Shown: in pieces, positions 11,811-26,100 of the stretch | Layout: each line of letters begins with the position of its first letter | Numbering within the stretch: position 1 is the stretch's first letter | Assembly (NCBI RefSeq): GCF_036588685.1 | Contig: NC_086379.1 | Span: 73,160,001 to 73,224,000 of the forward strand | DNA: 64,000 nucleotides | Source of the DNA: Mytilus trossulus | Taxonomy: Eukaryota | Direction of reading: 5' to 3' | Translations under genes and position numbers: made by a program | The notes under the pieces: model-generated | Seen by the model: the letters and a program-made list of their open reading frames with translations, nothing else | What the model was told of the DNA's origin: nothing | The model's database searches: none

Positions 11811-14800
11811 TAAAAGTCTGTGTTATTTGGTCTCTTGTGAGGATTTGCCTCATTTTCAATCATGCCACATCTTCTTTGTTTTAATTGATTACAGTTACTG
11901 AGCAAATAAATTAAAATTAATTTGGTTTTCCATATGGTTAATAACTAAGATTAAATGGTAACTGTAGAAGCAAAATAACATTCCTGAACAAATCTGTTGA
12001 TAAGTATAAGGTATAAGAGGAGCAACTACTGTAAAGTTATAAAACATTACAAAATCTAATACAGTTTCAATTCAAAAAGACAGAAAATATTCAATTTAAA
12101 TAACAAATTAATGTTTAATAATGTTATTCATAATTCCTTTTTTTTGGTGCTCAATATGTATCAAAATTTCGTAAATAATTGATATTTGTCGATCAAAATA
12201 AAAAGATAAATTAGACGATATATCATAAAATCAAAACTATTAGTGAAAATACGGTTAATGTTCATTGATATGTTGCATAATTAATACATTCGATCAGTTA
12301 AAAGTTCAAGCTATTATAATATTTGTCAAATATTGTAAATTGAAATATTAATACCATCATGCAGTAAACAACAGAACTTAAATTACATTTATATTTACTA
12401 TTTAAATGGTTTCTGTCAGGCAGTCTTGTGTTTTGTTAATTATTTTGCTTTAAACCTGACTATTATCATACGTTACGATTTATATTATGGGGTTTGTTCA
12501 TATAAGGCTGAATAGTTCTTCTGACACCTGGCTTCATTTGATAACCGGTGATATTTGTCTCATTAATCATTACTTTTTATGAATAAATTATCCTGCAAAA
12601 AGTAAAATGATAAAGAGACCGAGCTCTGGGGAAATTCTAAACGGAAAGTCCCTTATCGTATTGCAAAATCAAAATCTCAAACACATCAAACGAATTGATA
12701 ACAGTTGTCATGGTCCTGACTTAGTATGGACATTTTCTGAACTAGGCTTGAATGAGCTTAACAAAAACCCAAACAAATAAAGTAACAGTTTGAGAAATGA
12801 TAAAAGCTCTTACGTTAAAAAAAACGAGAAACCATGTAAAGAACACAGAATAAAAGTAAGTTAGGAAAGTCAACAGTCCACAAAACACGTTATTAAAAAT
12901 ATTTTGAGACGGATTAAATTATAATCAAATTTTATATTTTGAACGCATCAAAAATACTTGTCACTTGTTTATGTGTTTAGTTTGAATGTTTAAAATAAAC
13001 AGCTAGTTTATAGAACACGGCAACATTAACTTTATTTCATTCCACAATGGAAGCTCTTACAAATTTGTTAGTATCCATCAAGAACTAAACGCACAATAGA
13101 AGGTGTTGCACTCAAATATCCATAAAAGAATTGCATAAAAAATAAACAATTGGTTACTTTAAAGATTCATATCAAATCCACCTTCTGCGCTTGAATCAAA
13201 ACAGAACAGGCAAAATTAAGTAAAAAAATATAAAACATGAACACTATAAATCCATTATGTTTTGCCAGATATAAAAGATGTATATAGTCGACATCGTAGA
13301 CGTGTACTTTTTGTACAACATGTGTTCCTATTATACTTTTATCAGTCTGCAGGCTAGAACAGTTGTCACGTAAATGTTTCTTTTTATAAACGGTTGTGAC
13401 AGTTCAATGGTTTCATTGTAAAACTTTTAGGGAAGTAACATTATTATTTAGATTTAAAGTAGCTTTACAGCAATTTGACAGCTTTTTCTCTGATATATCT
13501 GTTATTAATCAAATCAATAGGATCGCTTGGGAAAAACATAATGCAGATACAGTAGAGAGATAAGTGTTCACGATTGTGTTTTAGAGAAGGGTCGAAAGAT
13601 ACCAAAGAAAAAGTCAAAGTCGTAGATAAAAAATTAACTGACACCTCCATGGCTAAAAAAGAAAAAGACAGACCGACAAATAATAGTACACAAGACACAT
13701 AGAAAACTTAAGACTAAGTAACACAAACCCCATACAAAAACAAGAACTATTGAAGTCATTGATAAATGGGGGAAAGTTGAACCAGGGTTGTACATGAATA
13801 CTAGTATGAAAAAAAAGGTAGACAATAATTATCAAAGCGTACATACATACTTTTAAAATCAAGTTTAAAAATTACGATTTTTTTTTCTATTTTTTCCTTA
13901 AATGTGGACCTATTTCCTTTTCCCAGTTTTATAATTTCATTACTGTTTCAATTTTGATGCATTTGCAAATGATACTTCAATATAATACTTTTTTTAATTT
14001 TCATATCTAATTAGTCAGATATGAAAGTGTAATAAAAGTCGGCATTGTTGTACTGTTATATTAAATTTATATCCAAGTTATGATAAAACAAACTTACCTG
14101 TCAGCAGATACAGCAGTAAAAAGATTTTCCTCATTTTAAATCTTTATCTAAAGTCCAGAAAACGTTAATATTGAAACTCGCATAATGCTGCTCTCACTTC
14201 TTTATATATCACGTATGGTAAGTCATATGATATGAATATTTAAATTCATTTTCAATTAACTTTTTAAATGAATATTGAATTTTCAGGCGACCCAATAGCT
14301 CTCTTGTGCAATTGATAATTAAGCTATTTAATTATTGGAAAAAAATACAAACATATTTAACACATGTTGTTAATGTCAGTTACATTTGATTTTAATAACA
14401 ATTTTGAAATTAAAGAAACGATATTTAATCTTGAAGAATATTTTGTTGATAACTGGTAACAGAAGGATGAATTCTTCTGACGTTTCAGTCTCGTTGAAAT
14501 CTTGTAATTGAATTATTTTCAAAAAATGAATTTAATAAATCAAAAAATCAAACTTAACACTGTGAATGAATGTTTTAAAAGTGTATTTCTAAAAGTCTGT
14601 GTCATTTGGTCTCTTGTGAGGATTTGCCTCATTTTCAATCATGCCACATCTTCTTTGTTTTAATTGATTACAGTTACTGAGCAAATAATTTAAAATTAAT
14701 CTGGTTTTCCATATGGTTAATAAATAAGATATAATGGTAACTGTAGAAGCAAAATTACATTCCTGAACAAATCTGTTGATAAGTTGGAAAGGTATTAGAG

Positions 14801-17361
14801 GAGCAACTTCTGTAAAATTATAAAGCATTACAAAATCTAATGCAGTTTCAATTCAAAAAGACTGAAAATATTCAATTTAAATAACAAATTAATGTTTAAT
14901 AATGTTATTCATAATTCCTTTTTTTTGGTGCTCAATATGTATCAAAATTTCGTAAATAATTGATATTTGTCGATCAAAATAAAAAGATAAATTAGACGAT
15001 ATATCATAAAATCAAAACTATTAGTGAAAATACGGTTAATGTTCATTGATATGTTGCATAATTAATACATTCGATCAGTTAAAAGTTCAAGCTATTATAA
15101 TATTTGTCAAATATTGTAAACTAAAATATTGATACAATCATGCAGTCAACAACAGAACTTAAATTACATTTATATTTACTATTTAAATGGTTTCTGTCAA
15201 GCAGTCTTGTGTTTTGTTAATTATTTTGCTTTAAACCTGACTATTATCATACGTTACGATTTATATTATGGGGTTTGTTCATATAAGGCTGAATGGTTCT
15301 CTATGGCTTCATCTGATAACCGGTGATATTTGTCTCATTAATCATTTCTTTTTATGAATAAATTATCCTGCAAAAAGTAAAATGATAAAGAGACCGAGCC
15401 CTGGGGAAATTCTAAACGGAAAGTCCCTTATCGTATTGCAAAATCAAAATCTCACATCAAACGAATTGATTACAGCTGTCATGGTCCTGACTTAGTATGG
15501 ACATTTTCTGTGAACTATGCTTGAATGAGCTTAACAAAAACCCAAACAAATAAAGTAACAGTTTGAGAAATGATAAAAGCTCTTACGTTAAAAAAAAACG
15601 AGAAACCATGTAAAGAACACAGAATAAAAGTAAGTTAGGAAAATCAACAGTACACAAAACACGTAATTAAAAATATTTTGAGACGGATTAAATTATAATC
15701 AAAATTTACATTTTGAACGCATCAAAAATACTTGTCACTTTTTTATGTGTTTAGTTTGAATGTTTAAAATAAACAGCTAGTTTATAGAACACGGCAACAT
15801 TAACTTTATTTCATTCCACAATGGAAGCTCTTACTAATTTGTTAGTATCCATCGAGAACTAAACGCACGATAGAAGGTGTGGCACTCAAATATCCATAAA
15901 AGAATTGCATAAAAATAAACAATTGGTTACTTTAAAGAGTCATATCAAATCCACCTTCTGCGCTTGAATCAAAACAGAACAGGCAAAATTAAGTAAAGAA
16001 AATATAAAAACATGAAAACTATAAATCCATTATTTTTTGCCAGATATAAAAGATGTAAATAGTCAACATCGTAGACGTGTTCTTCTTGTACAATATGTGT
16101 TCCTATTATACTTTTATCAGTTGCAGGCTAGAACAGTTGTCACGTAAATGTCTCACTTTACAAACGGTTGTGACCGTTCAATGGTTTAATTGTAAAACTT
16201 TTAGGGAAGTATCATTTAGATTAAGATTTAAAGTAGCTTTACATCAATTTGACAGCTTTTTCTCTGATATATCTGTTATTAATCAAATCAATAGGATCGC
16301 TTGGGAAAAACATAATGCAGATACAGTAGAGAGATAAGTGTTCACGATTGTGTTTTAAAGAAGGGGAGTAAGATATCAAAGAAAAAGTCAAAGTCGTAGA
16401 TAAAAAATGAACTGACACCTCCATGGCTAAAAAAGATAAAGACAGACCGACACATAATAGTACACAAGACACAACATAGAAAACTTAAGACTAATTAACA
16501 CAAACCCCATACAAAAACTAGAACTATTGAAGTCATTGATAAATGGGGAAAAGTTGAACCAGGGTTGTACATGAATACTAGTATGAAAAAAAATGTAAGA
16601 AAATAATTATCAAAGAGTACATATATACTTTTAAAATCAAGTTTAAAAATTACGATTTTTTTTTCGATTTTTTCCTTAAATGTGGACCTATTTATAATTT
16701 CATTACTGTTTCAATTTTGATGCACTTGCAAATGATACTTCAATATAATACTTTTTTTAATTTTCATATCTAATTAGTCAGATATGAAAGTGTAATAAAA
16801 GTCGGCATTGTTGTACTGTTATATTAAATTTTATATCCAAGTTATGATAAAACAATCCTACCTGTCAGCAGATACAGCAGTAAAAAGATTTTCTTCATTT
16901 TAAATCTTTATCTTAAAGTCCAGAAAACGTTAATACTGAAACTCGCATATTGCTGCTCTCACTTTATATATCAAGTATGGTAAGTCATATGCTATGAATA
17001 TTTAAATTCATTTTCAATTAACTTTTTAAATGAATATTGAATTTTCAGGCGACCCAATAGCTCTCTTGTCCAAGTAATAATTCAGCTATTTAATTATTGG
17101 AAAAAAAATACAAACATATTTAGCACATGTTGTTAATGTCAGTTATATTTGATTTTAATATCAATTTTCGAAATTAAAGAAATGATATTTAATTTTGAAG
17201 AATATTTTGTTGATAACTGGTAACAGAAGGATGAATTCTTCTGACGTTTCAGTCTCGTTGAAATCTCGTCATTGAATTATTTCCAAAACATGTGATACAA
17301 CTGGAAAATATAAATGAATTTAATAAATCAAAATACCAAACTTAACACTGTGAATGAATGT
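11811..17361. repeat. Tandem segmental duplication, unit ~2.78 kb (11811-14573 and 14590-17361)
   Basis: The two copies are collinear throughout, with scattered substitutions and small indels; offset 2779 at the left end. Confidence 0.95.
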
Positions 17362-17824
17362 ATTAACAAAAAGTAGTTTTTAAGTAATAAATTTTTCAAA
17401 TTTTATCACCAATCAAGTCAGTTGTTTTGGCCACAATGTTGAGAAAATGAATGTGGGCTACAAGAAATGATTTATCCATAAAAATATTTATCCCATATTA
17501 CAACAAAATTACAAAATTGACAGCACGGTTAATTTGACACGAAGAAGCATTAAATTAATACCTACCTTCAGTTTTTTTTAGTTAAATTTATTCAGATTGA
17601 AAGTATGAAAAAAAAATATAATTGTGGAACTGTGATTTCTCTCACAATAATAGCACAAAAATTGGTAAAAATTGATGAAAAGGGGAAAAATCATCAAAAT
17701 GGTGTACACAACAATATGATTTTTTTCTACACCAATATTTTTTGCAGTCATATAAACCCAAAAATCCGGTAAGGAAAAACAAGCTTAATTTTAGAAATGT
17801 TTGGCTCTTTAGAGGTTTTCATCT
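17229..17824. mobile_element. Inverted copy of the 29292-29888 MITE
   Basis: ttcttctgacgtttcagtctcgttgaaatctcg, aaattgacagcacgg and agaggttttcatc are reverse complements of parts of the 29.3-29.9 kb element. Confidence 0.7.
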
Positions 17825-20800
17825 TTGAGTGTAATTGGGATAACAATCAAATGACACATAACACGAAAAGACACGTTAGAGGTCAGCATTTATATGTTGT
17901 ATTATAGTACATGTATGTAAAATTTTAAATTGCAAGAATGCACAATTTGCCATCAAACGAAATTCACTAACGGACAATAACACCATAATACAACCATAAT
18001 AATATTATTATCTTAGCTGTAGTTGGCAAAGAGTTAAACCTTTTCCTGAATTTTGGGTCCTCAATGGTCTTCAAGTTCGTTCTTTATTTGGCCTTTTAAA
18101 TTATTTAAATTGAAGCATTCATAATGAGTGTGTTGTGAACGGAAAAGGCATATGGCGTTTCTATGACGAGTACATTACATTATATTATATTAGGCAACCA
18201 AAGCTATCTAATTGTTTTAACTCGTTGAAACAACTGCAAAAATGTTCACTGAAGAAAGCGAAATTACGATCAGTACATGAAACACCTTAAACAACAGAAC
18301 AAAATAAGGTGTAACTGGAAGTAAGACTTGTGTATATTTTTAGCATTCGACATCTTTGCGAGTATACATTCTGCTTTCCATACCTAGTTTTACAATTAAA
18401 AGCATAAAACCGAAATATTTCAAGGTAGCAATCAAATATCTTCTCGTATATAGACAAATAGCAGATTTGCCACAAAGAAAGAACTGAAAAAGGCTTAAAG
18501 TTTGTTCAGAATTTACAGATTTTTTTTCTTTTGTCTTCATTTAAATATTGCTCATTGAATTGATATTAGTTTTTAATAAATACAAACCTCACGCAAATAT
18601 ATTCTTAGTTTTTAGTATACGACGTTGATAGTTTGATTTTCACTATTCAAAGTTTAAATATTATGTTTTGTATATTCGGCTTTCGTTAATTATTGGTCCT
18701 CAATTTATGCATTTATTTGGGAAGCCATGTTTTATTCGGATTTTATTTTGTACAAATCTATTTTTGTCTTTTAACTTTTTATTAAACGATTTTGGATATT
18801 TTTCTCGTAAATGCAAAATGAAATAGAATATCAAAGTAGCCATTTTTATCACTTATGTCTTGTTTGGTTCGTTTTTTAATGAGTGTATGTCTCGTGAAAG
18901 TTTACCCTAATTTCATATCAGAATCATACGCTTACAATGATACTACACTTAAAAGTTGCACTTTGTAAAAACAAATGTTTCTCAAAACACGCCACTTTTA
19001 GGGAGATCTTGAATATTCATAGAAAATTAATTTTGTTTGGCTCCCAGTTATTCTCTCTATGTTCCATCTCACAGAGACATAACTTGGGAACGTTACCAGT
19101 AAATAAACATGTGCATATTGTTAACATTGAAATCTGTGAAACCTTTCATTCGAGGTATGATTTATTTTAGTAACTTAGTGTCCTACCTTTAACATTGCGC
19201 CCTCCTCGTCCTCCCATTCCATATCCCATACAGCCTGCTCCTCCGCCCATACCCATGACAATTAGTGTTAGTTTAAACTTTACGAAGTATGAACTTTCAA
19301 ATCTAGGATAAGATGTTTTTCAAAACTTCATAGTAAAAGAGTTACAATTTTAGCCGTAAAAGGAGTTCCTATTTGAAATTGCATTGCATTGTCAATATTT
19401 ACAGAAATGCAACCTATAGTACAATAACCCTTAAACACATACATACATTTGTACATAAGAAATATATATGTTTATGATTTGTTATTAAACGAATCTCAGT
19501 ATCAATCAGAATTAGTCACACTCATTGAACACTCACTGAACTTCACACATTCGATAGCCTTTATACCTAATTATGCATCTTATTTGAAATAAAGGTTTAT
19601 CTAAAACAATTTTGAATTGAGAATTAAATATTAATTGCGCACCTTTTGACCTACAGTTAATATCTCGATTTTTAATGGGAACTATATAACAATCAGATCT
19701 ACTTTTGTCAATATGCACATATCGGAAATATTTTTTTCTTGTCACAAATATATTAATTTTTAAAAATGATTGGTTTTCATTCAAAACACAATTGTTAAAA
19801 TAGATACAAAGCAAAATACTGAATAGACCATAAAAACGAAAAGCTCGTTAATTGGTTTTAAAAAGTACCGTTCACACGAGCAGTATTTCCAAGGTATGAT
19901 ATATAATTAGACATGAAACCTAGATACATTAATTGTGCATATCAGATTTCGGATCCATCTAGCATGTTGTTCTTTTATGTTTTTATATTTCAATGAAATG
20001 TATGTTTAAACAGTTTAGGCTGCATGATCCTAATTTTTAGTCACATTTACCACATATGTCAATTTGAGTTGATCACCTGCGGTGTCTATATAACGATACA
20101 ATAAACCACTGTAATGCATGTGGAAGATTTAGCTAGTTATACAAGTAGATTAAACACACGATTTTATTCTGAAAATACCAGTACTAAGTCAGGTAAATGA
20201 CAATACTTTCCTTCTGTTCCGTTGGTCGATAAAGAATAATGTTTTTTATGTCAATTGTTATGGATTTCCCCTTTTTGAATTTACTTTGTAATACGCTAAT
20301 CCTTTTGTATTTTGTCCAATTTTATCTGAAGTGATACATTTAGAAGCTTTATATCTGGGGTTTATCCACAAACTAATATCTTTGATTTACTTCCGTCAGT
20401 TTTATATCAGTAGTGTATATCGTTTTGTAGTATTGCAGTGTATGTAGTAGGAAACGTGGAAATCGGTTGATAAATGAATATATCAATATAATAATTAAAG
20501 TAACTTGAGGTGTTGCTAATAAAACATCCCTCAATAAATATATCCAAGTATTTTGTGATTTGAAAAAGGAGGAGGAGAAGAGTTATACATAAGACCAATA
20601 GTATGTTGATATAGGATCAAATCCGTTTAATGATATAATAAAATAAAATCATTAGTTGTAGAAACGAATGAAGTGATAAAAGTTTGTTGTATTTAGTAAA
20701 TCCTTATTATTTAACTTCCAGTTCCAATTTTGACGAATCATTTTGGTGTTTGCTATATATTATTATAATTTTAATTTTCGGTTGATAAAAAGTCTGTTGA

Positions 20801-21298
20801 AATTATAACTTTATAAATTTTTCTGATAGCCTACAACCATAATCAGTTTCTTTTTACTTATGATTGATGTGTTAAAAAAAGAGGGACGAAGATACCAGAG
20901 GGACAGTTAAACTCATAAATTGAAAATATGTCTGGTGATGAGAGGACACCTGCCTTATCAGTCGACACCGTGTCCATAGTGACGTCTGTTTCGAACCTTT
21001 CTTTACTGGGCAACGTCCGAGCAAGTTTCCTGTTTGATGTTTGTAAATTCATGCAATTAAAGTTTTGCTACTGGGCGGATGATGTCCTCGGAAACAAATT
21101 GTCCACCAGCAGAGACATCGACCCAGTGGTTATAAAAAGGGACGAAAGATACCAGGGGGACAGTCAAACTCATAAATCGAAAATATGTCTGGTGATGAGG
21201 TGACACCTGCAATATCAGACGACACCGTGTCCTAGTGACGTCTGTTTCGGACCTGTTTATACTGGGCGACGTCCGAGCCAGTTTCCTGTTTAATCTCA

Positions 21299-21545
21299 TA
21301 GTTATCAAAGGTACCACAGGATTATAACTAAGTACTTCAGACGCACGTTTTTTCTACATAAAAATCATCAGTGACACTCATATCAAAAGTTGTATAAAAC
21401 TAAACAAGTACAAAGTTTAAAAGCATTGAGGATCTAAATTTCAAAAAGTTGTTCTAGATACGGCTATGGTAATCTATGGGACACATTTTGATATGCATGT
21501 CATTACCGGAGTGTTGACTACTAGGCTGGTTCAGGGACGAACTTA
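21299..21545 (-). mobile_element. Decayed retrozyme fragments
   Basis: Reverse complement of the hammerhead end (tagttatcaaaggtacc...cagacgcacg...catcagtgac) plus a deleted internal piece. Confidence 0.7.
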
Positions 21546-22999
21546 TTTTCGAATTTCATCAATTATCTTTTATATCAGTTGTTCGTTACGATGACAAATA
21601 ACCCTGACCGTTAAATGAGAAAGGGTGTTAAATATTACAGTTTGGTTATCGAAATCGAAAAAAAAAGCTCAAATTCTTTGGCCGGTAGGTAAATAATATA
21701 CATTGAATCGATAGAAATATTTTTTCGATAGTGTTGTAATAAAATTTCCTCTTGCCTGATCAATGTAACATTTATTATCAAAACAAACATTACAAATGAT
21801 ACGGACAGCAGTATTCTTCATAGAACATCTGTCTGTGTAACCAAATATGTTAGCTGTAGGTTTCAACAACGGGAATAATAAGCTAAGGTTTTTCCGACTC
21901 TCAATTATAGGAATTTCATAAACTATTGATATGTACTATGATATTTCACTGTGATATGATATAGATAATTGCTGGACTAGGTCAAAGTGATCAGGATGAA
22001 ATACACGAAACGCATAATTGATTTTCGCCATTTTTGAGACGTAATAAATTGTATAAGTTTATAATATGAGACATGATGATAAAATAGATGACACAACTAT
22101 TGTATATGACCTTGTTGCACAATACCAACATAATGGAAAGACACTGAGGACATAATGATACGCATAAGACACAGATATAGTGACAACAACGAAAGAGAAC
22201 CCTCCATTGTTTTTCAATTCCTATAAATCTGTCATATGGAATGTTAACTTTTAATAACAAAATATCGTTTTTATTAAGAGCGAACATAAAGGCAGCAGTA
22301 GCTCGAAACTCATACATCGATAGCAAATCCGGACCATAAACTAAAACTGAGGGAAAGCATCAAACATAAAAGGAGAGGAAAACAACGACACAACATAAAA
22401 TGCAACACACACAGGAACGAACTAAGCATTAGACAAAATCCAATGAGAATAACAAAAATAACAAAATTTTCCTTTTCTTTTACCTATGATATGACACTGC
22501 AATGTTCACATACAATTAAGAAGTGTTCTGTTAAATTGAACGCCTCATGCAATCAGTAAATCTGAATTAATGTGATGAACAATACTATAATACCTAATAG
22601 GAAATATAATTAAAGTTAAAGTAGACGATATATAATGTAAAACAAAAATAACAAATAACGCGTTTTGAACACTTTTCAGGTACCATGACAATCAATGTTA
22701 TTCTTTGTGTTCCTGTTAAAGTTTATTTAACTTGTTGCGTTGATACTATTTAAACAACTGAATGTTTACGTACTGATGTCTTTTGAGGATTTCCCCTATT
22801 TTTGTTTTTTTCGTTTTTGAACTGACCATTATTCAACTATCCGTTATTCAACTGATCGAATTGAAAGCAAGTGTTGAGTGCTTATTAAATAGCTGTTATC
22901 CCATATTCTGTTTATTTACATTCCCCAAATTAATTACCTTTCCATTGAGGTTTTACAAAAAATTTCCTAATGGGTTTTTTTACAAAGATTTTGATGTTG

Positions 23000-23170
23000 G
23001 TAGTTACCAAGATAAAAACTTAATAGACCAGACGCACGTTACGTCTACATAAGACTGATCATTGACGCTCAGATGAAAATAGTTATGAAGCCAAACAAAT
23101 ACAAGGTTAAAGAGCTTTGAGGACCCAAAATTTCCAAACAAATGGGGAAAATATGGCTATGGTAATCTTT
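23000..23170 (-). mobile_element. Decayed retrozyme 3' fragment
   Basis: ccagacgcacgttacgtctacataagactgatcattgacgctca is the reverse complement of a mutated hammerhead. Confidence 0.7.
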
Positions 23171-26100
23171 TGCCAGTTCTTGATATAACATTTGATGTTA
23201 TTTATTTAGAACATTTGTCTCAAAATTAAAATCAGCAAAACTTCTTACATATGTATGAAATATACGTACAGAACGAAGACAAGTCTCTATATCGTGTGGT
23301 TAGTCATCTATTTCTTGTTTACAGTTAAATTCAAAAATATTGGTGATAATGACATAACCTATGATTGTATATCTATACATATACGTTTCTACTGGCACGA
23401 AGTAACACTTTTTTGGCATTGGTTCAACTCCTATTAAAGATGCAAGGCCGTAAGATTGCCAATGAGACAAACATTCAGCGGCGACAAAAAGGCACAGATT
23501 TGAAAACCATAGGTCATCGTACAGCTTTAAAAAATGAGGGAACTCTATGATGTATAGTAAACTATAAAAGTACGAACTAGCAAAATGAAAAACATCGAAT
23601 TCAACCGATTAATTTACAAAAATATTAATTGATAGAAACAAACGGCAATCTCTGAATAACAAGCTCCTGACGACATGGGACTGGTACATACAGTGGCATT
23701 CTCACACTCATTTGCATACGCTAAATCTTAACTGCGGTGTATCAGAAGTATATAAGAAACAAACTGCCAACGTCAGTTCATATACTGAATCAATACATAT
23801 CCTATGAATTAATTGTACTTATAAAAAGTCTGAGAAATATGATTATGTATAGTGCCAAAATATAAATATCGACGTTATGTCTGACAGTAATTGTTCATTA
23901 CGGTATAGGAATTCATATTTAGTAGTGATTTAATAACAAAATTTCAAAATCGATGCAAGTACCTCTAACACGATAATTCAAATATCGTATTACAGTGTTA
24001 AACTCTTAACCTTTTGGAATACATTTATTTAAATGTTTGAACAGTTTACAGTGATTTGTCTAAATTTCAGTATCTCATAAATATTGTATAATTCATTATA
24101 TAAAAGTTACATATATCTGGGACAAAGATCTGTATACATATTACATTATTTACATGTGATATCTGTATCAACTAAGGTTATCAGAAAAGCCCAATTTCAT
24201 TAAATTGACTGTTTGAGAACCAACCGAAAGTTAATATAGAAATAGAATATGCTTGCTTTCTTCTATAGATCATGCAATATGTGAAAAGATATTAATCATT
24301 TTGTAGATCAATTAATGTTTTACATGGTCTCAACATTTACCCTGCATGGAATTTGTGAAAGGACCGAAGACATCGCTATAAATAACAATGTATGATAGAA
24401 CCATTATTCTTGTAGATAAAATGGACATCAACTGTTTTAAAGATATGAAAATTTGTGGAAGATGTTAATTCTATTTTAGGTATACAAATCGTTGTTTAAG
24501 GGCTAAACTCGTGGCAAAGTAAAAGAAGAACTTTTAGTTATTTTACATCTTCTAATTTGAAAGTGAATTGCGCAGTTTTAATCCGTATATTGTTATTTAT
24601 TGTCTAATTAAATGTTTTGTAAAAGAAACAAATTGGGAAAGAAAAGATGTATTCAACTAGAAAATAGCAATGCATTCGTTTTTTAAGATGTCGATACCCG
24701 TTGTACCTATTGAAAGCTGAGTACATATAAATGCCAATAATTATGATAACAATTGTTGGTTTCGTCTCAAATATTCTGAGCAGATCTTTGATATATTGCT
24801 CAATTGACACAAAATTATTCAAAGATATCATTTTCAAATAAAACGTGACTGCTAAATTATAATTAACACCTTTTCTCAAATTAATAATGAATATTTGTAC
24901 GCTTTGTTATTCGAATATCAATTAAAATGAACAACAGCTCGATGATTGCATTTGGTGATGTTACCAATTAGTTGGTAATGTTAACTTATTTAATGAAAAA
25001 TTTGCGTCCTTGATTTTTTAATGGCGTATAGCTTTAAAAGAGTCTATTTAATATAAGAACATAAATGACTAAACTATACATTTCAAAATATTCTACATCG
25101 TCTAGACATTTCTTTCTTTTTTTGTAATTTATTTTTATTTCATCTGAAAATACACCAAGTATATATTGTGATATATAATTATATAGTTAATTTTTCAATG
25201 ACAGTCTAAAATTAAAAAGTTAGTTATGCTAATTGATCTTAATTTTCTACTAGATCATACACATCTTTTATCACTCTGGATAAGAATACCGGAATATGCG
25301 GATAAGGTTAATGATGGCATCAGCCTTCTCTTCTAGCCACATGCATCAATGCCTATACAATGATGTTGAACATGAGAGGTACCAGGAGAGGCCACCATAG
25401 ATCATTAACAGATAACATGTTGGACAACATGTTGGACATTTCTTTCTATTAGATGTTAAAAAATGTTTACTGTTTAAATAAGATTCATTTCTGCCGAAAT
25501 CGATGATCATCAATCATCTTATTCATTCCTTCGACTACCTTAAAACGTGAAATTACCAACATGTCGAACTTCGAGGAAAAATAAAATCGAAAAATTCCCA
25601 ATTACATATTATGATCTTTAATTACCTTTTGGTTAAGGTTGTAACAAATTGCTAGACCTACAAATACTCTAGTTGAAAATTCGCATTTAAGTAAATTATT
25701 AATTTATTAAATTTATTTCAAATATATGTGGTTAGTTTTACCAATTGTCCTTACAACTCATCGATGATATATAAAGTAATTTGATTTCTGATTTTAGACT
25801 GGATTGCCTGCTTTCTTTCTTACTTGTCGTTCTATTATTGACCCTAACATTTGTTAGAACTGGTCTTGCGAGTTTCATTGTTCATTTTCGATTTTTGGAA
25901 ACAATTTAATTTGCAATTTAATGACATAAATGGTTAAGATTACGCTTTGATTTTTTTGTTCTGCTTGTGAGTGTTGGTTTATAAGTAATGTTTTTTTATT
26001 CCATTGTATGAAATATCGAAGGAAGCATGTGTTCACAAAATAGTAAAAAAAACATATTTCAAGAAGTCTCATTTTAATTTTACTCAAACCAGAAGACCAG

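Larger units (their letters stand above)
9800..19302 (-). pseudogene. Probable decayed leucine-rich-repeat gene (cysteine-containing LRR, AMN1/FBXL-like), middle exons duplicated
   Basis: Exon-like pieces: 19256-19187 MGMGGGAGCMGYGMGGRGGRNVK joins in phase to 18483-18384 VLSLWQICYLSIYEKIFDCY...KTR. Then LITD...SLKVLQLNH*TVT (near 16200 and 13430), QKVDLI*LFKVTN and YLSATPSIVRLVLDGY*QI (13189-13061 and copy), and NLYEIGDEG, RCTNITS, SINGCNPV (10440-9850). Many stops and frameshifts. Confidence 0.45.
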
